Origin: Mycoplasmatota bacterium WC44
GTDB taxonomy: Bacteria > Bacillota_I > Bacilli_A > MAG-NZ
Direction: 5' to 3'
Length of the DNA stretch: 64,000 bases
Assembly: GCA_046529715.1 (NCBI GenBank)
Contig: CP134881.1
Coordinates: forward strand, 918,803 to 982,802
In this document: positions 1-9,646 of the stretch, piece after piece
Layout: each line of letters starts with the position of its first letter
Numbering within the stretch: the first letter of the stretch is position 1
Notes under the pieces: generated by a model
What the model saw: the letters and a program-made list of their open reading frames with translations, nothing else
The model's database searches: none
Told to the model about the DNA's origin: nothing
Translations under genes and position numbers: made by a program

Positions 1-243
1 CGAGTACCTATAGATTTTGCAACCTATCTAGATTTTTATATTCCTGACGTAGGAAGTTATACTTTTGATTTTGTAATCAAATCAAAAGACTCAATTTATC
101 TTATTTATATAGGTGGTTTTGAACAATATGATTATATTTCTTTAAATAGTAAGAAGAGTTGGAATTCTTATATGAATTATGTTTTTGATTTAATACAGTA
201 CCGATTAATAAGGTGTGATAAGAATGAAAAGCTTATGGACTAA
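1..243 (+). CDS. 3' end of an upstream ORF running in from the window edge (frame 1, ...YIGGFEQYDYISL...KLMD*, stop 241-243)
   Basis: Open reading frame from position 1 to the TAA at 241-243. It overlaps the start of the next gene. No recognisable motif. Confidence 0.3.
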   Translation, partial: RVPIDFATYLDFYIPDVGSYTFDFVIKSKDSIYLIYIGGFEQYDYISLNSKKSWNSYMNYVFDLIQYRLIRCDKNEKLMD

Positions 244-1615
244 ATGTCAAATTATTAATACAGTTGATGTAAATGAAATCTATGTAAGTAAAAAGATTAA
301 AACAAGTCTTGGAAAAAATGTCGAATTTCGTTTTGGACAAAAAAAACAATATGTTACGGTGAATTCTTTCAATAATAATCAAGAATCACGACGTTTAGGA
401 ATGAAATATCAAAATCCTATAAGTGTTTACTTATCTAAATCTCTTGTCGATAAACTTTCTATACAAACAGACAATGTATATAGGTTGAACATTAAACAGG
501 GTGTAGTTGAACTTGGCCCTGTGATTGGATTATTACTAGGTGAGCAACAGTATTATTATCATGATGAATTTATGTCAGAGTATAAAGATGCTATGAAGAG
601 ATATGAAGAAGTAGGTGGGCTAGTATTAGCCTTCAAGACTTGTTCAATTGATTGGGATAATAAATCAATTTATGGTTTGTACTATAACCATAAAGATAAT
701 CAATGGAGTTATGGTAAGTTTCCTTTTCCTTCTGTCATATATAGAAGAGCTTTTAAAGCAACTCAAAATATAACGGATAAACTTTATAAGATGACTAATG
801 GAAAAATATTCAATGCTAATCGCTATAGTAAATGGGATATGTATAATATTTTAAAAGAAAATCGTAAATTAAAGAAGTATTTACCTGAGACTGAAGCACT
901 AGTTTCTATGGAAAGTTTCAAAAAATTTATTAATGAACATAATGATGTAATTCTAAAACCTGTAGGTTTATCTAGGGGGAGAGGAATCTGCATAATTAAA
1001 AAATTAGGGGAAGAATTGATGGAAATTCATGATTATGGTGATGGAAGAAATAGTACACAAGCAACTTTTACTAAAGAGGACATTATTTCATATGTAAAAG
1101 AAAGTGGTTTTATTAATAAGGACTATATTATGCAACCTTTTTTAAATTTTGCAAGGATTAATGGTTTACCATGGGATATTAGGATAGTTATGCAAAAAGG
1201 TGCTGACTTTAGATGGAAATGTAACGGAATTGAATGTAGAATCGCAGGAGTAAGTAACTTAATAACAAATATCTCTCGTGGTGGCCGTGCTGTATCGATA
1301 TCTAAGGCCCTTAAACTATCGTTCGGACCAAAGATTAAATCGTCAAAAGTAAAGAAAGAGATTATCAAAATATGTAAGGGGATTGCTGAAAATATGGATT
1401 CTGAAAGAGAAATATTTGCAGAGTTAGGAATAGATATAGCAATTGATCAAGAACAGAACTTTTGGATTATAGAATCCAATGTGCGTCCAACGTTTAATGG
1501 ATTCAGAAAGCATATGGAGTATGAAAATTATGTTTATCTGTGTACAGCCCCGATAGATTTCGCAAGTAGTTTAGCGGGCTTTAAAAGGAGTGATAAAAGT
1601 GAGACAAAAATATAA
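224..1615 (+). CDS. YheC/YheD-family ATP-grasp ligase, paralogue 1, with a ~95-aa N-terminal extension
   Basis: RBS AAGGTG at 210-215, ATG at 224. Core blocks LGPVIGLL, YLPETE, DIRIVMQKG, SNISRGG and WIIESNVRP are shared with the other YheC/D-like ORFs in the window. Confidence 0.75.
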   Translation: MKSLWTKCQIINTVDVNEIYVSKKIKTSLGKNVEFRFGQKKQYVTVNSFNNNQESRRLGMKYQNPISVYLSKSLVDKLSIQTDNVYRLNIKQGVVELGPVIGLLLGEQQYYYHDEFMSEYKDAMKRYEEVGGLVLAFKTCSIDWDNKSIYGLYYNHKDNQWSYGKFPFPSVIYRRAFKATQNITDKLYKMTNGKIFNANRYSKWDMYNILKENRKLKKYLPETEALVSMESFKKFINEHNDVILKPVGLSRGRGICIIKKLGEELMEIHDYGDGRNSTQATFTKEDIISYVKESGFINKDYIMQPFLNFARINGLPWDIRIVMQKGADFRWKCNGIECRIAGVSNLITNISRGGRAVSISKALKLSFGPKIKSSKVKKEIIKICKGIAENMDSEREIFAELGIDIAIDQEQNFWIIESNVRPTFNGFRKHMEYENYVYLCTAPIDFASSLAGFKRSDKSETKI

Positions 1616-2912
1616 TATACTTCCAAATTTACAATTTCGAAACAGGTTAACTGTACCTGATTGTAAATTGATTAGTGACGGAAGAATTAAAGGTTACATT
1701 CGGTTTGGTCATTATGCGCGAGAAATAGATATAGTGAGGTCTAACGAAATATCAAATGATCAGATATTAGTGTCTCAAAACATTATAGAGGAGTTGAATA
1801 TTCCAACAGCATCTAACTACGAAATTCGATTTGATGGTATTGATATTACAATAGGACCTTACATTGGAATCCTGGTATGCAAAAGACAAGAAAATCTCGA
1901 CTTAGTTGTTCAAAATCTATCTAATTACTTATATGATTATGATGATATTGGAGGACTTGTTATTGCATTTTCACAAGAAGGAATAGATATAGAAAAAGAG
2001 ATGATTAAAGGATATGCTTATAATCCACAAAGTACACTTTGGGAAGAGGGGACATTTTATTATCCTTCTTCAATTTTTAGAAGAGCTGGTCTAAGTGATA
2101 AAAAACGTAATTTCTTACACTCTAGACTGGGTGACCGTATGTTTAATAACTACATTTTTGATAAATGGGAAATGCATAAATGGCTATCTAACTCAATGCA
2201 ACATCATTTACCAGAGACAATAAGATATGAAAATCCTAAAGACATTATCTGGTTTTTATCAAGATTCAATACTGCCTATATCAAACCTATATATGGTAGC
2301 CAGGGTATGGGTATTATGAAAGTAACTAGAGAAAATGATATATATAAATTAGAAGCACAAGTAGACAATAAAGATATTGTGAAATATTTTGAAACAGATA
2401 GTAAATTAATGACTCACTTGAAGGGATACCATAAAAACAAAAGGTATATTATTCAGGAGGGTATAGATGTAATTAAGAAAGATAATATGATGATAGACTT
2501 TAGGGTTCTTCTAGTTAAAAATTACTCAGGTAAATGGACTGAAATGGGAATTATAGGTAGGTATGGTGAAAAAGCAAGAATTACTAGTAATATTTCAAGT
2601 GGTGGTAATGCATCTATGGGTAATGAAGTCTTAAGAGATATCCTCAATTTGACAGAGGAACAAATTTTAAAACTACGTAGTAAGATGAAAAAGATGGTAA
2701 TAGAAGCAGCTGAGAAAATAGAAAGCTGTGGTATTCATTGTGGTAATTTTGGTTTTGATATCGCTATAGATAAGAATTATAAGCTATGGATAATCGAAAT
2801 TAACAATAAAGATCCTAACCATACAATTGCTATTGATGCTGGTAATAGAGAGTTGTTTTACAAAACAAAAAAAATGAATATGCTTTATGCAAAGAAACTA
2901 GCAGGGTTCTAA
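1599..2912 (+). CDS. YheC/YheD-family ATP-grasp ligase, paralogue 2
   Basis: RBS AAAAGGAG at 1583-1590, GTG at 1599 (the ORF track begins at an upstream in-frame GTG at 1590). Blocks IGPYIGIL, HLPETI, DFRVLLVK, SNISSGG and WIIEINNKDP. It overlaps the stop of paralogue 1. Confidence 0.75.
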   Translation: MRQKYNILPNLQFRNRLTVPDCKLISDGRIKGYIRFGHYAREIDIVRSNEISNDQILVSQNIIEELNIPTASNYEIRFDGIDITIGPYIGILVCKRQENLDLVVQNLSNYLYDYDDIGGLVIAFSQEGIDIEKEMIKGYAYNPQSTLWEEGTFYYPSSIFRRAGLSDKKRNFLHSRLGDRMFNNYIFDKWEMHKWLSNSMQHHLPETIRYENPKDIIWFLSRFNTAYIKPIYGSQGMGIMKVTRENDIYKLEAQVDNKDIVKYFETDSKLMTHLKGYHKNKRYIIQEGIDVIKKDNMMIDFRVLLVKNYSGKWTEMGIIGRYGEKARITSNISSGGNASMGNEVLRDILNLTEEQILKLRSKMKKMVIEAAEKIESCGIHCGNFGFDIAIDKNYKLWIIEINNKDPNHTIAIDAGNRELFYKTKKMNMLYAKKLAGF

Positions 2913-2925
2913 AGGGGGATAAAAA

Positions 2926-4233
2926 ATGAAAATACGATTAAAAATGAGTAATTCACACGAACGTGTTTTAAAAATCTCGAACTCATTAGCCGAGATTATA
3001 GATAAAAACCGTGTTATATTACATTTTGGTCTGTGGAAAAGAGAACTTGCAGTAAGAGTAGATTCTGCATTACCTAAAGACACGATATCAATACAAAAAA
3101 AATTATTAGATTCTTTCTCAATGCCAGATCACTTGCTTTATGAGTTGAAAGTAGAAGGTATCAATCTGAACATTGGACCTATTATTGGATTTGTTCCTGT
3201 AGTTCGTAAAGAACTTCTTCATGAAAGGAACTTAGAGCGTTATAAGGAATACATGAAAAACTACTCTGATATTAATGGGTTAGTATATATGTTTGCTGCA
3301 AACAGTGTAAACTTTGAAAATCAGACAATTGATGGTTTTTATTATGATCCAATTGACGATATGTGGAAAGAAGGAGTATTTCCATTTCCAAATGCCATCT
3401 ATAGAAAAACTGGATTTAGTCAATCAATACTTGATGGTTTAACTACTACATTAGGTGATCGAATTTTTAACTCATACTTCTTCGATAAGTGGGAATTGTG
3501 GAACTGTCTATCAACAACACCACACATTAGTAAATATCTACCATATACTGAGAAACTACAAACAATAGATCAAGTAGATAAAATGCTTGAAAAGTATGGA
3601 TCAGTATACTTAAAACAAAGAGCTGGTCAAAAAGCGAAGGGAATTGTCAAATTACATAAATCAGAAGAAGGATATCATTTTGTCTATCGTTTAAGAGGAG
3701 AAAAAATAATTAACAATAATAATGAAGCGGAGAAATTCATTAAAGAATTGAACATAAAGAAAAACTATGTTGTTCAGCAAGCAATAGCTGTAAAACAATA
3801 TGATGAGAGAAACTTTGATTTTCGAGTTATACTTCAAAAAGACAATACTAAAGAATGGAAATGTCCTGGGATTATTGGTAGGTTTGGAAAAAAAGGAAGT
3901 ATAGCTACAAACTTCTTACTCGATGGATTTTCATTAAATGGTATAGAGAGTTTAAAAAAAGCATTTAATCTTAATAAACGAAAGGCTTTTGTTAAAGAAC
4001 AGGAAATAATTAGAGTTTGTAAAGAAGCGTGTGATTTACTAAATGAAAAAATGGGACAATACGGAGACTTGGGTATTGATGTAATGATTGATGAAAACTT
4101 AAAAGTATGGATATTAGAAATAAACAAACTTCATGATCATAAATTCCCACTATATGGATTAGATGATACTCAGATGTACTATAAAGTAATTTCAAATCCA
4201 ATACTTTTTGCTAAACGACTCGGAGGATTTTAG
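2926..4233 (+). CDS. YheC/YheD-family ATP-grasp ligase, paralogue 3
   Basis: RBS AAGGGGGAT precedes the start. Blocks IGPIIGF, YLPYTE, DFRVILQKD, TNFLLDG and WILEINK. The gap to paralogue 2 is 13 bp. Confidence 0.75.
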   Translation: MKIRLKMSNSHERVLKISNSLAEIIDKNRVILHFGLWKRELAVRVDSALPKDTISIQKKLLDSFSMPDHLLYELKVEGINLNIGPIIGFVPVVRKELLHERNLERYKEYMKNYSDINGLVYMFAANSVNFENQTIDGFYYDPIDDMWKEGVFPFPNAIYRKTGFSQSILDGLTTTLGDRIFNSYFFDKWELWNCLSTTPHISKYLPYTEKLQTIDQVDKMLEKYGSVYLKQRAGQKAKGIVKLHKSEEGYHFVYRLRGEKIINNNNEAEKFIKELNIKKNYVVQQAIAVKQYDERNFDFRVILQKDNTKEWKCPGIIGRFGKKGSIATNFLLDGFSLNGIESLKKAFNLNKRKAFVKEQEIIRVCKEACDLLNEKMGQYGDLGIDVMIDENLKVWILEINKLHDHKFPLYGLDDTQMYYKVISNPILFAKRLGGF

Positions 4234-4248
4234 AAAGGAGAAATGGAT

Positions 4249-4551
4249 ATGTCTTTACCAAAAAATCCGAATAGTAACCGCGCGATCTTTCTGAGAGAAA
4301 AACATATAAAAAACCTACTCCTATCATCAATTGCTTTAGAACAAATTGCTATAGCGAAAATTTTAAAAGCTGAAGGTGATAAGATTACAATGGTTATTGA
4401 TAAAAACTCATCAATAACAGACATTCTAGACGTTAATGAATCTGTTGAGAAGATTGTTAACGCTTCAGTAAAAAAAGGAATACTTCTTGAGTATAAAATG
4501 GATGACGTTTTAATAGAGGTATATTTCGATGACTGCAATGAAGAGGAATAA
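4249..4551 (+). CDS. small hypothetical protein (100 aa) ending ...VYFDDCNEEE; last gene of the ATP-grasp operon
   Basis: RBS AAAGGAG at 4233-4239, ATG at 4249 (the track starts at ATG 4243). A terminator hairpin follows. It sits 9 bp after paralogue 3. Confidence 0.5.
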   Translation: MSLPKNPNSNRAIFLREKHIKNLLLSSIALEQIAIAKILKAEGDKITMVIDKNSSITDILDVNESVEKIVNASVKKGILLEYKMDDVLIEVYFDDCNEEE

Positions 4552-4611
4552 TAAATTTGTCAAAAATTACTGTTCATCATGAGCTAAAGTTAATATGCAA
4601 GTATAAGACTA

Positions 4612-4638
4612 AAAGTGATTATTAATGATCACTTTTTA
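4612..4638 (+). terminator. rho-independent terminator
   Basis: Hairpin agtgat/atcact followed by a T-run. Confidence 0.5.
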
Positions 4639-4933
4639 ATTTCTACTGTTAAGAGATACGTGTATTCTAGGTTATTGGTATTACATGTTTATATAAATAT
4701 AAATATATATTCAAAATAAAGTTAAACTATATTTAAAGCGTTTATTTCCCTTAAAATCAATAAATATGTCTATTTCTTGCAACTGTAGACTTAAAAAAAA
4801 TTAACTACTTATAGGTATATTTTTATATTTTCTTTATGATAGCGTTTTTAAGTTGTTATTTAACACAAAATAATATACCCTTAATAGGGTCTATGTAGAA
4901 AAATGTATAAATTTAAACAATTTAGAGGTGTTT

Positions 4934-6754
4934 ATGAGAAAAGATATAATTAATATAGCTGTGGTTGCGCACGTTGATGCCGGTAAATCCACATTGGTTG
5001 ATGCACTATTATCCCAAAGTGGAACAGAAAAGGTAGATGTAGAACAAATAATGGATAGTAATGACCTAGAACGTGAAAGAGGTATTACTATTTATTCAAA
5101 GAATTGTTCAATTGAGTATAATGGTATTAAAATAAATATCGTTGATACACCAGGACATGCTGACTTTTCATCAGAAGTTGAACGAATTATTAAAACTGTA
5201 GATACAGTTGTTTTATTAGTCGACTCAAGTGAGGGTCCGATGCCCCAAACTAGAGTAGTTTTAAAGAAAGCTCTAGCGAGAGGTTTAAGACCAATTCTTT
5301 TAGTAAACAAAATTGATAAAAAAGATCAAAGAGCTGAGGAAGTTGTTGATATGACATTTGATTTGTTTGCAGAACTAGGTGCAACAGAAGAGCAACTTGA
5401 TTTTCCAATTTTATATGGAATTGCAAAACAAGGTATTATTAAAGAAGAAATTGATGATGATAGTAACACATTAGAACCTTTGTTTAAATTATTGTTAAAT
5501 CATGTGGAAGTTTATCCTGACTACACAGATGAAGATTTACAAATGCAAGTATCTTCTCTAAGCTATAGTGAGTACTTAGGGAGACAAGGTGTTGGTAGAA
5601 TCAATAAAGGTATGCTTAAAAAGGCTTCAATTGTCTCAGTATGCAAACGTGATGGTACTGTAGTTAAGTCAAAGATAGGTAGAATTTATATTAACGAAGG
5701 ATTACAGAAAAAAGAAGTCGATGTTGTATATTGTGGTGATATTGTGACATTTACTGGTATAAGTGATATATTAATTGGTGATACAGTATGTAAAGTTGAT
5801 AATCCAATTCCTATGGATATTATCGAGATTGAAGAGCCAACTATGTCCATGAACTTCTTGGTAAATGATTCACCATTTGCTGGATTATCTGGAAAATATG
5901 TTACATCAAGAGAAATTTTGGAACGTCTTGATAAAGAACTAGAAACAAATGTTGGATTAAGAGTAGAACCACTAAGTGAAAAAGGTGGATTAAAGGTATC
6001 AGGTCGTGGAGAATTACATTTAAGTATTCTAATAGAAAACATGAGAAGAGAAGGTTATGAACTATGCGTATCAAAACCTGAAGTACTTCTACGCGAGATA
6101 GATGGAACTATTAATGAACCATTTGAAAAAGTAATTGTAAGCGTACCAAACGAATATTCTGGTAGTGTCATTAATCAATTGAATGTTAGAAAAGGTATCA
6201 TGAGTTATATGGATTCTGATGGTAGTTATACAAAACTTGAATATTTGGTTCCAACTCGTGGTTTAATAGGATACAGAAGTGAATTCATTAATAGCACTCA
6301 TGGTGAAGGTATTATTGAAAAGTCATTTGATTGCTACAAACCTTATGTAGGTAAGATACAGTCAAGACAAAATGGTGTATTTGTTGCTAAAGAAAATGGA
6401 ACAGCAATGACTTACTCTTTACTTTCCTTAAGTGAACGTGGGGTAATGTTTGTTGAACCAGCAACAAAAGTATATACTGGAATGATTGTTGGGATGAATA
6501 GTCGTGACAATGATTTAGTTGTTAACCCTTGTAAAAACAAGCAATTATCAGCAGTTAGAACAGCTGGGACTGATAATTATGTGAAGTTGAAAGAAACAAA
6601 AAAATTCACTTTAGAACAAGCATTAGAATTTATTGAGCAAGATGAGTTTGTTGAAATCACACCTGACGATATAAGATTAAGAAAAAAATTATTAGTTGAG
6701 AGTGATCGTAGAAGAGCTAGTAAAACTTTACGTCATGAATCGCTAAATACTTAG
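4934..6754 (+). CDS. typA: TypA/BipA translational GTPase
   Basis: G-domain AHVDAGKSTL, DSNDLERERGITI, DTPGHADF and NKID. The C-terminal region has EFIEQDEFVEITPDDIRLRK, which is typA-like. RBS AGAGG, ATG at 4934. Confidence 0.85.
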   Translation: MRKDIINIAVVAHVDAGKSTLVDALLSQSGTEKVDVEQIMDSNDLERERGITIYSKNCSIEYNGIKINIVDTPGHADFSSEVERIIKTVDTVVLLVDSSEGPMPQTRVVLKKALARGLRPILLVNKIDKKDQRAEEVVDMTFDLFAELGATEEQLDFPILYGIAKQGIIKEEIDDDSNTLEPLFKLLLNHVEVYPDYTDEDLQMQVSSLSYSEYLGRQGVGRINKGMLKKASIVSVCKRDGTVVKSKIGRIYINEGLQKKEVDVVYCGDIVTFTGISDILIGDTVCKVDNPIPMDIIEIEEPTMSMNFLVNDSPFAGLSGKYVTSREILERLDKELETNVGLRVEPLSEKGGLKVSGRGELHLSILIENMRREGYELCVSKPEVLLREIDGTINEPFEKVIVSVPNEYSGSVINQLNVRKGIMSYMDSDGSYTKLEYLVPTRGLIGYRSEFINSTHGEGIIEKSFDCYKPYVGKIQSRQNGVFVAKENGTAMTYSLLSLSERGVMFVEPATKVYTGMIVGMNSRDNDLVVNPCKNKQLSAVRTAGTDNYVKLKETKKFTLEQALEFIEQDEFVEITPDDIRLRKKLLVESDRRRASKTLRHESLNT

Positions 6755-6781
6755 ATAGTAATATTCGTGAATACTTTATTA

Positions 6782-6805
6782 AACCACCTTAGGTGGTTTT
6801 TTTTA
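6782..6805 (+). terminator. rho-independent terminator after typA
   Basis: ccacc-tta-ggtgg hairpin followed by T8. Confidence 0.8.
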
Positions 6806-7011
6806 CTTTAGGTGAGTATGAATAATTTAAACTCAACTGAATAGTTTTTGGTAGATAAATGTTACTGTCGTAATATTTTATAATCATACAGAAAAAGAAA
6901 CTATAATGAATTAACTGTTGGTTTATAAGTGTTTTGTTTATGGAAATATTGGGTATAATTATAGTGCGTTAAAAATATAGGATATATGTGGTTATAGATT
7001 CGGAGGAGTTT

Positions 7012-7827
7012 ATGGAAAAATATTTTTCAATTGGAGAGACAGCTAAGATTAATAATGTATCTATTCAAGCGTTGAGACTTTATGATAAGATGGGTCTTTT
7101 AAAACCAAGTTATGTGGATCCAATAAGTAATTATAGATATTATACAATTGATCAATTTGTATATTTAGATTTAATAAAGTATTCTAAGCAAATAGGAGCT
7201 CCTCTTAAGGAAGTTAGCGATATTTTACACACTAATGATATTAGTACATTACAAGTATTTCTGAAAAAACAACATAAGTTTGTTGAAGAAGAGATGATTA
7301 GATTAAAGAATATAAGTAAAGGTATAGAGCATATTGAGAAGGAAATAAAATATGCTTTAGAATTCGATAAAAGAAATGAAGTATATTTCAGGGATATTAA
7401 AAAGAGATTTATTGTGAATACTTTATTAAGTAATAAAGAAAAAGATAGCGATATAGAACTAAAATTAAGAAAGTTAGACAAAATCGTTGAAGAAAATAAA
7501 ATTATGTTAGGTGGAGAAACAGGATATTATATATATATGGATGCATTTCTTGATGATGGTAAGGTACTGTATAAAAGTCTATATTCAACGCTGTGTGTAG
7601 ATGGAAAAGATAATAATAATTTTGATATAAATGAAATACCAGAGGGAAGGTTTTTATGTGTTGCTTATAAGAAAAATGAAAGAAAGAATTCAGTAGCAAA
7701 ATTAAGAAAGTATATTAATGATAACAATATCACTACAATAGGCATTGGAGTTGAAATTCAATTGTTTAACACACTTGAACAATGGCAAAATAATAAATTA
7801 ATATATGAATTACAAATATTAATTTAA
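7012..7827 (+). CDS. MerR-family transcriptional regulator with a C-terminal effector-binding domain (BmrR/BltR-like)
   Basis: N-terminal YFSIGETAKINNVSIQALRLYDKMGLL, which is a MerR helix-turn-helix. RBS GGAGGAG, ATG at 7012 (the track starts at GTG 6988). Confidence 0.75.
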   Translation: MEKYFSIGETAKINNVSIQALRLYDKMGLLKPSYVDPISNYRYYTIDQFVYLDLIKYSKQIGAPLKEVSDILHTNDISTLQVFLKKQHKFVEEEMIRLKNISKGIEHIEKEIKYALEFDKRNEVYFRDIKKRFIVNTLLSNKEKDSDIELKLRKLDKIVEENKIMLGGETGYYIYMDAFLDDGKVLYKSLYSTLCVDGKDNNNFDINEIPEGRFLCVAYKKNERKNSVAKLRKYINDNNITTIGIGVEIQLFNTLEQWQNNKLIYELQILI

Positions 7828-7832
7828 AACTA

Positions 7833-7863
7833 TTGACTCTATACTTAGTATAGACTTTATAAT
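7833..7863 (+). promoter_or_regulatory. MerR-type promoter: TTGACT, 19-bp spacer containing the dyad CTATAC-tta-GTATAG, then TATAAT
   Basis: -35 at 7833-7838 and -10 at 7858-7863, so the spacer is exactly 19 nt with a perfect 6-3-6 palindrome. It lies immediately upstream of the MATE gene. Confidence 0.7.
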
Positions 7864-7868
7864 CTCCT

Positions 7869-9200
7869 ATGGGAGTGATAAAGTTGAAGTTATTATGGAA
7901 TGAATTTATGAAATATGCCATACCATCCGTAATCGGTATGATGGTTTCAGCACTATACATAGTTGTTGATGGAATATTTGTAGGCAGAGGATTAGGAGCA
8001 TGGGCTCTTGCAGCAATAAACGTAGCATTACCCGTTACAACTCTTATATTAGCTATAACAATGATGATAACAATGGGAGGGGCTGCAGTAACTTCTATAA
8101 AATTTGGACAGCATAGGTTTGAAGAAGGTAATAATATATTTTTAGAAAGTTTACTCTTAATAGTACTTGTAACAAGTTCAGTTTCTATTATAGGTGTGCT
8201 TTATCCTTATCAAATAGCAAGTATATTAGGTGCTAGTGATGAGTTATTAACGGGTACTGCTGAATACCTTCGTTATTACTTGATTTTTGGTCTTGGATTT
8301 TCACTTAGTTTAGCAATCAGTGTTTTTGTTAGAAATGATGGTAATCCAAAATTATCTATGGTTGCCTTAATTATAGGAGCAATAACCAACATAGCATTAG
8401 ATTATACGTTTATATTTATTTTTAATTTTGGAATTATCGGAGCAGCAATAGCCTCAGGAATAGGACAATTATCTAGCGTGTTTATACTTCTAACACATTT
8501 TACTAGAAATAAGGGAATGCTTAAAATCTATATACCTAAGATAAAAAAATATGAAGTTATAAGAATTCTAAAAGCGGGGACACCTGAGTTTATAGTTCAG
8601 ATATCACCAGCTATTAGTATATTTGCCTTTAATCAAGTTATACTAAGAAGAATTGGTGAAATTGGTATAGCGGGATTTAGTATTATTGGTTATATAAGTG
8701 TTGTTCTTACTGCATTATTTATAGGTGTTTCTCAAGGGATTCAACCTCTATTAAGTTATAATTATGGTAAGAAAGATTATGAAAAAGTGAATAAAATATT
8801 CAAGATGGGTTTAAAGACCAACTTCGTTGTCTCATTAATAATCTACATAATCATATTGATATTTGGTGAGGAAATAATTAGCCTCTTTAATAGTGATGAA
8901 GCACTCATAAAATTAACCTATGATGCTATGATAATTTACATGTTATCATTTATAATTGCATCACTTAATATTGTCAATGTAACTTATTATCAATCAATAG
9001 AAAAGTCAAGGATAGCAATTAATATCTCTATAAGCAGAGGAATGTTTTTTACTTTAGTTTTCTTGTTAGTCCTTCCTATAATGGTTGGAAATATAGGAAT
9101 TTGGTATTCTATTTTCTTGGGTGAGATTAGTACCTTGTTATATATTGTGTACTTGGTATATGTTAAAAAAATATTTATGATACCAAACATAAATAAATAA
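7869..9200 (+). CDS. MATE-family multidrug efflux transporter
   Basis: 12-TM protein with a MATE-like sequence. The start is uncertain (ATG 7869, TTG 7884 or ATG 7908). Confidence 0.7.
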   Translation: MGVIKLKLLWNEFMKYAIPSVIGMMVSALYIVVDGIFVGRGLGAWALAAINVALPVTTLILAITMMITMGGAAVTSIKFGQHRFEEGNNIFLESLLLIVLVTSSVSIIGVLYPYQIASILGASDELLTGTAEYLRYYLIFGLGFSLSLAISVFVRNDGNPKLSMVALIIGAITNIALDYTFIFIFNFGIIGAAIASGIGQLSSVFILLTHFTRNKGMLKIYIPKIKKYEVIRILKAGTPEFIVQISPAISIFAFNQVILRRIGEIGIAGFSIIGYISVVLTALFIGVSQGIQPLLSYNYGKKDYEKVNKIFKMGLKTNFVVSLIIYIIILIFGEEIISLFNSDEALIKLTYDAMIIYMLSFIIASLNIVNVTYYQSIEKSRIAINISISRGMFFTLVFLLVLPIMVGNIGIWYSIFLGEISTLLYIVYLVYVKKIFMIPNINK

Positions 9201-9243
9201 TTAAAATACAATATTATATATGATATAAATGTTCAATTTTATT

Positions 9244-9283
9244 AGATTCAGAAATAGGTTTATCTATAACTGAATCTTTTTTG
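9244..9283 (+). terminator. rho-independent terminator
   Basis: agattcag ... ctgaatct hairpin followed by T6. Confidence 0.7.
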
Positions 9284-9291
9284 TATTTTTG

Positions 9292-9320
9292 TTGAACTAA
9301 ATATTACTGTGTGGTAATAT
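9292..9320 (+). promoter_or_regulatory. arsR promoter (TTGAAC, 17-nt spacer, TAATAT) with an overlapping ArsR-type operator palindrome ATATTAC-N6-GTAATAT
   Basis: Read directly from the sequence. The dyad spans 9301-9320 and overlaps the -10. Confidence 0.6.
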
Positions 9321-9335
9321 GTTTGTGGTGATAAT

Positions 9336-9629
9336 ATGAACAGTATATTTAAATTGTTAGGTGATGAAAATAGATATAGAATATTTACATATCTTTTGAA
9401 AAATGGGCAAACATGTGTATGTGATTTACAAAAACTATTAGACATGAAACAAGCTAATTTGAGTAAACATTTGATGAGGATGCGCCAAGAGGGTGTTGTT
9501 GATTCAACTAAGATAAATCGTTTTGTTCATTATAAAATAAGTGAGGAGTTTACAAATAACAATAAGGAACTTATCTCATATATAGATAGAATAGAACCAG
9601 AATGTAAACTTGATAATTGTAACTGTTAG
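9336..9629 (+). CDS. arsR: ArsR/SmtB-family metalloregulator
   Basis: CVCDL metal-binding site inside a winged helix-turn-helix. It is the first gene of the ars operon. Confidence 0.8.
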   Translation: MNSIFKLLGDENRYRIFTYLLKNGQTCVCDLQKLLDMKQANLSKHLMRMRQEGVVDSTKINRFVHYKISEEFTNNNKELISYIDRIEPECKLDNCNC

Positions 9630-9646
9630 TATTTAGGAGGTAGAAA

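Noticed and set aside
1123-1368. Antisense 81-aa ORF inside ATP-grasp paralogue 1, plus similar short minus-strand ORFs at 2898-3083, 3834-4127, 4010-4201, 4230-4538, 5092-5310, 5686-6042, 7152-7481 and others
   Set aside because: They are fully embedded in longer, motif-supported genes on the other strand. They have low-complexity, AT-codon-driven sequences and no RBS. They are typical spurious ORFs in AT-rich DNA.
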